Shown piece by piece: positions 29,219 to 38,533 of a stretch of 64,000 bases of DNA. This DNA comes from an uncultured Bacilli bacterium (GTDB taxonomy: Bacteria > Bacillota_I > Bacilli_A > RF39 > UBA660), in the NCBI GenBank assembly GCA_944358825.1, contig CALVSA010000002.1, positions 17,707-81,706 of the forward strand, given 5' to 3'. How positions within the stretch are numbered: position 1 is the first letter of the stretch; each line of letters starts with the position of its first letter. The notes under the pieces were generated by a model that did not search any database, was not told the DNA's origin, and saw nothing but the letters and a program-made list of their open reading frames with translations. A program made the translations under genes and the position numbers.

Positions 29219-29551
29219 CTATATACAAATAATAAGGTGCCGGTAATATTTCATCACGTCCATTGAAAAATGTTTTTTTCCATTTTGAATTTCTCTCCAC
29301 GGGCCAACTGGAAGATTATATTCGTTTTTTAAGATTACATCTAGTGTATCATTTGCTGGGCTTACAACGACATTTGAAAGAACTTCTTCTTTCATAAGAA
29401 GTTTATCAGTACTTGGTCTTAAGTCTGTTTGAACATGTCCATTAAATCCAGGAACATTAAAACTGTAATGTCCGCCACCTGCAAATACACTCATTGTAGA
29501 AGTAATGCAGGTAACTGCAAAAATTGCAATAAGTATCTTTAAATATTTCAT
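29219..29551 (-). CDS. Small secreted protein (signal peptide), possibly extended by a frameshift at an A7 run
   Basis: Signal peptide MKYLKILIAIFAVTCITSTMSVFA. A second frame is open for about 40 codons downstream of a poly-A tract. Confidence 0.4.
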   Translation of the reverse strand: MKYLKILIAIFAVTCITSTMSVFAGGGHYSFNVPGFNGHVQTDLRPSTDKLLMKEEVLSNVVVSPANDTLDVILKNEYNLPVGPWREIQNGKKHFSMDVMKYYRHLIICI

Positions 29552-29722
29552 GTTTATACCTTTTTAATATTCATACTCTATATGCTAATTATATAATTAA
29601 TATTTATTGTTATCTTCTCTTATCATATGAGTTTTTTTCATATTCGTCATATTTTATAGGTTACATAAAATATTTATTTTTTAATAATAAATAAGAGAAT
29701 ATAGAATTAATATTCTCTTGCA

Positions 29723-30163
29723 TTATTTACAGAAATTTCTCTGATAATTTAAGTCACTATTTCCGATATAAACATCATTATTGCCCTCTGTCGTACCACA
29801 GCGAATAACAGTTATATTATCGTTTTTATAAATTCTTGTACCACCATCATCTAATACTGATGTTAGTTGTAGTGATGAAGTTATTTCCATTATATTTGCG
29901 TCAATTGCTTTATCATCGCTGTCCATATGTTCTTTTAAACTTTTTTGATTCCCTTGTTCATCAGTTACGTTAATATCATTAACACATACTCCATAAATTG
30001 TTATTTCACCTTCTTGATAATATTCTCTTGCTTCTGCTACGCAATCATCCATTGGTGTTACCGTAAAATCATATTTATGAGTGGTTGTATTTTCTTCTTT
30101 TTCACCGCAACCTACTAGTAATAACAAAACCCCTGCGATAAGTAATACTTTTTTCATTTTCAT
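29723..30163 (-). CDS. Lipoprotein (146 aa)
   Basis: Lipobox LLVGC after a signal peptide. AAGGAAG RBS. Confidence 0.6.
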   Translation of the reverse strand: MKMKKVLLIAGVLLLLVGCGEKEENTTTHKYDFTVTPMDDCVAEAREYYQEGEITIYGVCVNDINVTDEQGNQKSLKEHMDSDDKAIDANIMEITSSLQLTSVLDDGGTRIYKNDNITVIRCGTTEGNNDVYIGNSDLNYQRNFCK

Positions 30164-30304
30164 CTTCCTTTCACTAATTTTAGCAATTTACTCCTATGTA
30201 TTTATATTTTAACATCTTAATTATTCTTTATCAATAGTTTTGTTATTTATTATTATATATTTTACATTTTTTAATAATTGATTGGCTTTATAAATTATGC
30301 TTTG

Positions 30305-31015
30305 TTATTTACAAAAATCATCTATCTTATCTTTATCATATTTTTGATTTTTAATTACTCTAAATGTTTCATTATCTTTATTTACATTGCATCTTATTAC
30401 ATCATAAAATGGTGTATCATAATAAATAACATTTTCTCCTGATACTTTTATTAATGAAAATCTTGGTGCTTGATGAATATTAACAACTCCTATGTAATCT
30501 ATTATCATTAATATTAGTATAAATATGATAAAATAACCAAAATTACATATTAATCGTTTGGGATATGTTAATCGTTTTGTAAACTTACTTATACCGATTA
30601 AGGAAATTATTACTCCAAAAACAGAATATATACTCCCCCAACTACTTTCACTAGGAAATATTGCAACAGCAGTAATTGAAATTAAGACTCCAAATATTAT
30701 TAATATTAAACCTATAAAATTATTGTGGTTTTTAATTTTTGTATTAGTATAATCTATTGTATTAATTATATTTTCTTCTAATTTTTCTTGGTATTCTTTT
30801 TCTTCTACTATCTCTCCACTCATTAAATCATTTAAAGAAATATTAAATTCTTTACATAAAGGTTTAAATAATGATAAATCCGGCATATTTCTGCCATTTT
30901 CCCAGTTTCCAACTGTACGATCTGATACTCCTAATTTTTCTGCTAATTCTTGTTGAGTCATGTGTTTATCTTTTCTGCACTTTGCAATGAATTTTCCGAT
31001 TTTTTCTTGGTTCAT
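30305..31015 (-). CDS. Membrane-anchored XRE-family HTH transcriptional regulator
   Basis: N-terminal Cro/C1-type HTH (MTQQELAEKLGVSDRTVGNWENGRNMP), then three TM helices and a C-terminal extracytoplasmic domain. Confidence 0.75.
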   Translation of the reverse strand: MNQEKIGKFIAKCRKDKHMTQQELAEKLGVSDRTVGNWENGRNMPDLSLFKPLCKEFNISLNDLMSGEIVEEKEYQEKLEENIINTIDYTNTKIKNHNNFIGLILIIFGVLISITAVAIFPSESSWGSIYSVFGVIISLIGISKFTKRLTYPKRLICNFGYFIIFILILMIIDYIGVVNIHQAPRFSLIKVSGENVIYYDTPFYDVIRCNVNKDNETFRVIKNQKYDKDKIDDFCK

Positions 31016-31188
31016 AATCTCTCTCCTTTCACAATATTATTTTATAATGTAGAAGTTTTTTATTACAGGAAATATTTCAAGGGTTTTATTTTTTCATTTA
31101 TTATAAGTATTAAATATAGGTTAATTATACCATATTATATCTTGTTTTTTTATTTAATATATGCTATTCTTATGGTAAGGAGGAGCTT

Positions 31189-31635
31189 ATGAAAAAAACA
31201 ATATTGACTATTTTATTATTTGGAATTATGTTATTTGGGATTAGTGGATGTAAAACAAGCAATGATTTTAATGTAGGTGGTGTATCAAATATTAAAACTA
31301 GTAATAATGATGTTTCATTATCTATTAAAGATCAAACATTAAAAAATACTGGTGCGACATTGATTTTAACAAATGATAGTGATAAATTACTTTATTATGA
31401 TGCAATTTATGAAATAGAAATAAAAAAAGATGATGAGTGGCACAAGATTAATGTTGAAATAGATTTTAATCTCCCACTTTTTCAAGTAGAGCACAATTCT
31501 AACAAAGAAATTGAGTTAAACTGGGAACATGGATATGGAAAATTAGCACCTGGAGAATATAGAATAATCAAGGAAGTATATTTTGATACTCAAGAGTCAA
31601 AATTTTATGTTTCTGCTGAATTTACTATAGAATAA
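31189..31635 (+). CDS. Lipoprotein (148 aa)
   Basis: Signal peptide and lipobox ISGC. GGAGGAG RBS. Confidence 0.6.
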   Translation: MKKTILTILLFGIMLFGISGCKTSNDFNVGGVSNIKTSNNDVSLSIKDQTLKNTGATLILTNDSDKLLYYDAIYEIEIKKDDEWHKINVEIDFNLPLFQVEHNSNKEIELNWEHGYGKLAPGEYRIIKEVYFDTQESKFYVSAEFTIE

Positions 31636-32001
31636 TAAGATCAATTAATTAGATTAACATATTATGGATGAAGTTTAAGATAAAGCTAGACATAAAAGTT
31701 AATTATTTTAGCACTTTTTTAAGTGTACTCACTTGTTTTAAAAAGATTTCTATGTATAATTTTTTAATTCTATCTTTAATCATCATTATCTTCTTATTAA
31801 TTGACTTACTTTTTACATTGGTAAAATGTAACCTATATAAGAAAAATAGCACTCAATCTCATAGATTAAGTGCTTAACCATTTATATGGGCAAGTACTCA
31901 ACTATCTGAAGTTAAGTCTTCCCTTTTTTATTTTATGTAAATTATCTTGTTTGCATACTAATAATAACAAAAAAGACTTTTGGTAAGTCTTTCATATTCT
32001 T

Positions 32002-32051
32002 ATGGCGTCCCCGATTGGAATTGAACCAACGACCTATCGCTTATGAGGCGA
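32002..32051. repeat. attL-type core repeat (tRNA 3' half)
   Basis: Matches 37842..37891 at 49 of 50 positions. Confidence 0.8.
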
Positions 32052-32079
32052 AGGCATTTTCCTATTATGCTACAGGGAC
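32003..32079 (-). tRNA. tRNA-like gene with anticodon CAT (Met/Ile2-type), probably the element-derived attP-side hybrid copy
   Basis: 77 nt that fold as a cloverleaf with a perfect 7-bp acceptor stem and a D stem GCAT/ATGC. The anticodon stem has a U-U mismatch at its top. It has 3' CCA. Its 3' half is identical to that of tRNA-Arg at 37843. Confidence 0.5.
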
Positions 32080-32529
32080 ATATACCTTAATTTTAAAATA
32101 TTAATATCAAAATCAAGGTTATTTTTTCAAATTTTCATTGTTTTTTTTAAAGATAAAGACAATTTTTCGCGACTATTTTGCGACTATCTTATTTCTTTAA
32201 AACCTGTCCTTCCTCGTAAAATAAAGGTTTCTAATACATTTTCCTTTATTTTAAACAACTCCTTAGGAGAGAAGAGTTTTAAATTTCAAAATCAATCCGT
32301 TTTTTTCAAAACCCTTGTTTTTTCTAACAAAACCGCGATATTTTTAAAATTTAATTTTCAATACAAAGTGTAGATTTTAAATAATTTTAAATATAACTAT
32401 TTAATTGTTGCGACAAAATCGCGACATCTAACTTTGAAATTCTGTCCTAATTAGTTCTTCGCCTCAAGAACTCCCATTTCTCATCAATATTATAACAATT
32501 TTTTTCTATAATAACAACAACTATATAAT

Positions 32530-34308
32530 TCATGGAAGTGGAATTAATATATATTCATTACCATATTTTTCTTTATAATATTCTAACTTATCCCACACAT
32601 TATTAAAGTCAATTTCTTCTACATTTATTTTTTTAAATATAGGATATCTATTATCAAAATATTTCTGAATTTTAGACAACTTGTTTTCCCTATCCTCATC
32701 AGCATTATTAACTGCATATTTGAGTAAATCATCTATTTCTTTTGTAGGAGCAAAATTAATTCCTGTATATAAAGAAAGCATTTGATTAAAAGTAGTTTTA
32801 ACTTCTCCCTTTGCATTATAATATTTATCAAATACAGAAATTGCATCTAGTGTTTTATCTTCATTTGAATGTGTATAGATAAAAGTAGTAGATAGTTGTG
32901 AATGTCCCATTAACTTTTGAACATCAGCTGGAGATAAGTTTGGATTTTCATTCATTTGCATAGTACAATAACTATGTCTTAATCCATGTAACGATACATT
33001 TCTTATTTCTGGATGTCTTTTTCTAAAATCTAACCATTTACTAGAAACAGAATCAGGGAACATTATTCCCCCATATTTGCTTAAAAACAGATTTTCCGGT
33101 GGATTATAATTATCAAATTTTCTTTTAAACCTTTGAATAATCCTATCTCTTAACTTAAAATATTCTCTAATAATTTCTGTGCAAAATAATGGTATTGGGA
33201 CATTTCTAACACTATTTTTTGTTTTAGTATCTTTTTCAACTATTTTTTGTTTTTCCTTATCTCAAACGACTGCTCGTTTTACTGAAATTGAATTGTTTAT
33301 AAAATCAATGTCATCAATGTGTAAGCCAAGTATTTCTCCTCTTCTTAACCCTGTGCATATTGAAATTGTAAACATAGTTTCAATTAATAACCCTTCTTCT
33401 TTCAATAAATCTAATATTTTCATTAATTCTTCTCGATTGTAGGACTGCTTTTCTTTTTTAGAAACCTCGGGTGTCTTTACTTTTAACACAGGATTAGTTT
33501 CAATATAGTCCCAAGCAACTGCTTTATTAAGAATCTTCCTCAAAAGTCTATATACCCCATTAACAGTTGTTTCAGATAATTTTTTTACACTACCATCTTT
33601 TTCTTTTCTTTCTTTATCTCTATCTTTTAAATTGTTAATAATTTTTTGAATTACTAATACATCAATTTTATTTAAAGGATAATTAGCAATCTCTGGCAAT
33701 ATATATGTTCTTAATGAACTCTTACCACTTGCAACAGTTGTAGGACTTAACTCCACTTCTGCATATTCTTTATAATAAATTCTTACAAAATCAATAAATC
33801 TAATATTCCCTTTATCACTTTTCCCATTTTTTAATTTTAGCTCTGCTAATCTCTTATCCCTTTCCTTTTTAGCCTGTGCTAAAGTCCCTTCAAATACTTT
33901 TGAATAGTATTCTCCCTTTTGACCATTTTAGCCACCCTTTCTAATAAATATCCTATATTTTTTCCCTTTTTCAATCTCATATAAGTATTTATCTACTTTT
34001 TTAGTATCTTTCCCTGATACTGTTGCCCGTGGTTTTGTTGGATTAGTTTTAGTTTGCTTTTTTTCCTTTGCATCAAATTCAGCAAAGAAATAAGTTTTCT
34101 TCTTTTCAGTTTCTAAACATAATCCATTTTCTTTTAATTTATTATCTCTTAAATTTCTGGCCTCATCTAAACTACCATTAATATATTGATCAAAACTAAT
34201 TCGAATATTACGTGTCTTATCTACTTTTAAAAACTTTACCCTATATCTGTTTTCAGAAACATAATAAATATATTTATCTACTTTTTCTTGCATTTTTCCA
34301 CCCTCCAT
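32530..34308 (-). pseudogene. Tyrosine site-specific integrase, disrupted by an in-frame TAA at 33928..33930 and a frameshift near 33250..33265
   Basis: Three ORF pieces are collinear with one phage integrase. 33928..34308 is the arm-binding N-terminus. 33262..33756 is the core-binding region and box I R (TGLRRGEILGL). 32530..33063 is the catalytic HGLRHSY...GHSQLSTTFIYTH region. The first two pieces are in the same frame, separated by a single stop. The second and third are in different frames. Confidence 0.75.
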
Positions 34309-34568
34309 TAAATTTCATATTTATTTTTTTCATTATTCATAAAAAAACTCCCTCCTTTTGACCAAAGAGAGAAAAAAATCTTTTCAAATTAATATTTTTG
34401 TGTATAATATTAAGTGTGTTGGATTTATTAATCTCCTTGGTCGGAAATTATAATAAACCAACACATTTTATTTTGCAATATTTTTTTGCCAGAAAATAAA
34501 GACTTTTCGTTAGAAATTTGGTACAATTAGATATATGAAATGTTATTCATATTTAGGAGATGATATTT

Positions 34569-35387
34569 ATGGAAAAATTAAATCTAGATACTTTAGAAGA
34601 AACATTGTTTGTTCCAATGAGAGGAAGAGTCTTTTGCAGTAGAACTTTTCCAGATACTTTTAAAGATGAAAAAGCATTGGAAATAGCAAAAGAGTTACCA
34701 GAAGAATATATGAATTTAGAAAGAGAAACAGAATATACTTTAATGGCTAGTGCTATTAGAAGTAAAAATATGGATATTTATATCAAAAAATTCTTATCAA
34801 AGAATCCTAATGGAACAATTATAAATGTTGGATGTGGAATGGAAACAACATTCTATAGAAATGATAATGGTAAATGTATATTTATTGAAATGGATTTAGA
34901 AGAAGTAACATCAATGAGAGAAAAAGTTTTTGGCAAGAATAAAAGAGATATTATACTAACTAAATCATTACTTGATTATAGTTGGATTGAAGATGTTAAA
35001 AAAATAGCAAAAGGTCCATATTTAATAATTGCAAGTGGAGTGTTCTATTATTTTCCTAAAGATCAAATAATAGATTTTTTAAGAAAAGTAAAATTATTAG
35101 GTAATGTAGAAATATTATTTGATACTGTTTCTAAAAGTGGAATGAAGAGAACAAAAAAATATATGAAACAATTAGGAAAAGAAGATGCAACAATGTATTT
35201 CTATGTAGAAAAAGGAAAAGAATTAATTAATGAAATTGGAAATAATTGCAAATTAATTGATGAACATGATTTTTATGATTTTACCGAAAATAAAAGTAAA
35301 TTTAAATTTAAAACAAAACTATATATGGTTATTTCAGATAAACTTCATATGGTTAAAATGATACAATTAAAATATGGAGATGAATAA
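34569..35387 (+). CDS. SAM-dependent methyltransferase, TcmP/LCM (leucine carboxyl methyltransferase-like) family
   Basis: IINVGCGMETTFYR resembles the VVnLGaGlDTRayR motif of the LCM/TcmP family. An AGGAGA RBS precedes ATG at 34569. Confidence 0.55.
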   Translation: MEKLNLDTLEETLFVPMRGRVFCSRTFPDTFKDEKALEIAKELPEEYMNLERETEYTLMASAIRSKNMDIYIKKFLSKNPNGTIINVGCGMETTFYRNDNGKCIFIEMDLEEVTSMREKVFGKNKRDIILTKSLLDYSWIEDVKKIAKGPYLIIASGVFYYFPKDQIIDFLRKVKLLGNVEILFDTVSKSGMKRTKKYMKQLGKEDATMYFYVEKGKELINEIGNNCKLIDEHDFYDFTENKSKFKFKTKLYMVISDKLHMVKMIQLKYGDE

Positions 35388-35388
35388 T

Positions 35389-36165
35389 ATGAATATATTA
35401 TTGGGATTATTGATACCTTTTGTTGGAACCACATTAGGAGCTGCAATGGTATTCCTAATGAAAAACAAATTAAATAAAAAGGTCGAAAAAGTATTATTAG
35501 GTTTTGCTTCTGGTGTTATGGTAGCTGCTTCCGTCTGGTCATTACTTATTCCATCAATTGATATGGCAAAAGAGCAAAATATAATAGCTTGGTTACCAGC
35601 AACCGTGGGATTCATTTTAGGAATTGTATTCTTATTAATATTAGATAATATAATTCCCCATTTACATATTAAAAGCAAAGAACCAGAAGGATTAAAATCT
35701 AAATTAGGAAAATCTGCAATGATGGTATTAGCTGTAACACTTCATAACATTCCAGAAGGTATGGCTGTTGGAGTTGCTTTAGCTGGAGCAATTAGTGGTA
35801 ATAGTACGATTACCGTGATGGGAGCAATTGCTTTATCAATAGGAATTGCAATTCAAAACTTCCCAGAGGGTGCGATTATATCAATGCCATTAAAAGAAGA
35901 AGGAAATACTAAAAGTAAGTCATTTATATATGGTACATTATCAGGTATAGTTGAACCTATATTTGGAGGACTTACTATTTTACTAACTTCATTAGTAGTT
36001 CCAATTTTACCTTATTTATTATCATTTGCAGCAGGAGCTATGATATATGTAGTTGTAGAAGAATTAATACCAGAATCACAGGTTGGCAAACATTCAAATT
36101 TGGGAACGATAGGATTTGCGTGCGGGTTTATCTTAATGATGATCTTGGATGTAGCATTAGGTTAA
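35389..36165 (+). CDS. ZIP-family divalent metal transporter (ZupT-like)
   Basis: Eight TM helices with the ZIP signature HNIPEGMAVG and the second motif QNFPEGAII. Its start codon abuts the methyltransferase stop, so translation is coupled. Confidence 0.8.
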   Translation: MNILLGLLIPFVGTTLGAAMVFLMKNKLNKKVEKVLLGFASGVMVAASVWSLLIPSIDMAKEQNIIAWLPATVGFILGIVFLLILDNIIPHLHIKSKEPEGLKSKLGKSAMMVLAVTLHNIPEGMAVGVALAGAISGNSTITVMGAIALSIGIAIQNFPEGAIISMPLKEEGNTKSKSFIYGTLSGIVEPIFGGLTILLTSLVVPILPYLLSFAAGAMIYVVVEELIPESQVGKHSNLGTIGFACGFILMMILDVALG

Positions 36166-36376
36166 AATAGATCGGAAGATTAAGATATTGTGATTAATGA
36201 GATAGTTGAAAAACCTATCTTTTTATTTTTTTGTCTTATTATAAGAAACGCGAAAGGAAATATGCTATTGCATTATGCTATTGCATTATAAAAACTTAAA
36301 TAAAAAACAAGTTTTTTCACAAAAGTCATAAAAAGGCAATAAAGCCCCTTACCCCATAAAAAGTATTATGTGATTA

Positions 36377-37790
36377 TTAAGTTAATAATGTTTTTTTAGT
36401 ATAAATTAGAATACTATTAATAATCTTTCTACCAGAAGTAGTCAAATAATATTTATTCTTATTGGCTACTTTTTTAATAAGTCCATGGGCTTTTAATTTT
36501 GATAACAGTCTAGTAGTCTTGTTAATAGTTTTCTTATCTTCACTATTTTCAAAAATATTTTTTCTAATCATTTTGTTAGTAAAACCATTAATTAAGTATT
36601 CGCCTTTAGATATTTCAGAAAATATTTTTAAATTTTGTTCATTTAAAATATTAATTCCAGAATAAACTTTATTATTAATTTCTGCTCTTTTAGATATCCT
36701 TTCAATTTCCTTTAAAGGAACTTCATCAATATTAATATCAGGTAATGCTTCTATATATCTTTTTATAATGTTTTTACTTATTTCTACATATCGATATAAA
36801 TTTGCAATACTTTTTCCCATAGGAACCCATTGTTTTGTTTCTACAATTTCTCCAGTTTCATCATTTTCTTTAGTTTTCAACACTTTAAAATCCTTAGGAT
36901 TATTGATAGTAACTTCAATCCTTAAATTGTTTCCTTTATCATACATTTTGATTTGATTATTATTAATCTTAAATTTTATTCGGTAACCTTGATACCTGTT
37001 TCTTAAATCGGAAACAATTTCTCCTTTTTTTAAAGTATTAATATAATTCACATTTCTACCAAAGAAAGAATATATATCTTCACTACTAAATGTAAAGTAT
37101 GTAGTTTCAACCAGTGTCTTATAAAATAAACTTAAGTCTTCACGACTTTTAAAATTAATATCAGTTGCAAACTCACATTGATCAATACACCAGTAATATG
37201 AATGATTAAATATGTTTCTAATTTTAGGTAAATGAATATTTATCTTCTCAACTAATCCATCAAAAGAATCAGATATTTTTTTATTCAAAATACTATCTGC
37301 AAGTTTTTGAGATTTTTCAAAATCTTCAATATATGAAAAAGAATTGTTATACATTTCATATTTAATATTATTCTTATCAAGTAATTTAGATAAATATTCT
37401 CTTCCATTGATATAAATTTGGACATTATAAGGAAACCAAGTTTGGATTTTTAGAAACATTAAACCAAACTCTTCATCATTAAAGTAAAAATAATAATGCT
37501 TACATTTAGTAGGTCTTGGGGGAACCTCTAACTTTTTCTATTTCTAAATAATGATACTCTTGCAATTCCTTTAGTATGGATCTAATTCCATCTCTACCCT
37601 CTTTACTTATAGAGCAAAGACCTGCCAAAGAATAATCCCAATCTTCTGGCAAACTTAACATAAACGATAATAACCCTTTAGCTTTATACGATAAATTTTT
37701 ATCTCTTAAGTGATAATTAGACATAACAGTATAGTTATTATTTTTTTCTATTTTAAAAACTGACATATTTACACCTCCTAACATTTGCAA
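36377..37790 (-). pseudogene. Replication initiator with a RepA_N-family N-terminus, split by a frameshift at a C5 run (37478..37482) into 94-aa and 360-aa ORFs
   Basis: The N-terminal ORF carries the RepA_N pattern YTVMSNYHLRDKNLSYKAKGLLSFMLSLPEDWDYS. The downstream ORF's frame stays open upstream across GGTTCCCCCAAGACC, where the two frames overlap. Confidence 0.5.
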
Positions 37791-37841
37791 AATAAAACTG
37801 ATTTAGTTTATAGTATCTAAATCAGTTGAATTAACACAAAA

Positions 37842-37891
37842 ATGGCGTCCCCGATTGGAATTGAACCAACGACCTATCGCTTAGGAGGCGA
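37842..37891. repeat. attR-type core repeat (tRNA-Arg 3' half)
   Basis: Matches 32002..32051. Confidence 0.8.
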
Positions 37892-37919
37892 TTGCTCTAT
37901 CCTACTGAGCTACGAGGAC
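37843..37919 (-). tRNA. tRNA-Arg (anticodon CCT)
   Basis: 77-nt cloverleaf with acceptor GUCCUCG/CGGGGAC, D arm GCUC-AGUAGGAUA-GAGC, anticodon arm AUCGC-CUCCUAA-GCGAU, T arm GUUGG-UUCAAUU-CCAAU and an encoded CCA. Confidence 0.8.
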
Positions 37920-37924
37920 AGATG

Positions 37925-38434
37925 CTAAAATCTTACTAATACAAGCATCAATACAGCAGCAATATTTTCAAGTTTTAAGAAACATAATTTATGATAAGAT
38001 AAAATAAACTCATAGGCTGCAACTACTTTATCTACCATACTAACTAGCCAACTTTCTAAATATTTAGGGGGTCTAGTAGGTATTAACGGAAACATATGCG
38101 AATAAATTATATCTTTTTGCATATCAGATAAAACAAAGTATTTGTTTGCATTTTTTAAACACTTTTTAGGATGAGTAAATGCACTTAAGCTATGCTCTTT
38201 TTTTGTTAATTGATCATCTGTAAAAAAGTCATGTAATAGGCTAGCAACTGCTGTTTCTTTGTAATTTAACTTTAATTTTTTACTTATTTTATAAGAAAAA
38301 TAAGAAACTCGTAATGAGTGTTCTAATCTAGTAATTCCATGATGACGACAATTATTTATTTTTAAAAATTCTTCATTTGTTAAGACATGATTTATTATTT
38401 TATTATACTCACAATCTTTTTGAAAATGATTCAT
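37925..38434 (-). CDS. HD-domain phosphohydrolase (169 aa)
   Basis: HG..R..HSLRV ... LLHD metal-binding motifs. Confidence 0.55.
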   Translation of the reverse strand: MNHFQKDCEYNKIINHVLTNEEFLKINNCRHHGITRLEHSLRVSYFSYKISKKLKLNYKETAVASLLHDFFTDDQLTKKEHSLSAFTHPKKCLKNANKYFVLSDMQKDIIYSHMFPLIPTRPPKYLESWLVSMVDKVVAAYEFILSYHKLCFLKLENIAAVLMLVLVRF

Positions 38435-38533
38435 TGTTCACCTCTTAATATTCACGTTCGTATTACATTATATCATATTTTTTCAAAAATGACAGTCTAT
38501 TTTTTAGTTTTTGTAAAAAAAATAGGAAAAATC

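Larger units (their letters stand above)
32002..37891. mobile_element. Decayed tRNA-inserted integrative element (~5.9 kb): disrupted tyrosine integrase, frameshifted RepA_N-type replication gene, cargo methyltransferase and ZIP transporter, bounded by 50-bp direct repeats of a tRNA 3' half
   Basis: A 50-bp direct repeat at 32002..32051 and 37842..37891 has one mismatch, at the anticodon. It is the 3' part of a tRNA from the anticodon loop to CCA. The integrase fragments lie next to the left repeat. Confidence 0.7.

Noticed and set aside
32002-37891. Intact prophage
   Set aside because: The element is only ~5.9 kb and has no capsid, tail, terminase or lysis genes. The integrase and rep genes are disrupted. 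It is better described as a remnant integrative element or satellite than as a prophage.
32003-37919. Reading the two tRNA-like sequences as two ordinary independent tRNA genes
   Set aside because: Their last ~50 nt are identical apart from the anticodon base, and the intervening DNA carries integrase and replication-gene remnants. An att duplication by an integrative element explains this better than convergent tRNA genes.
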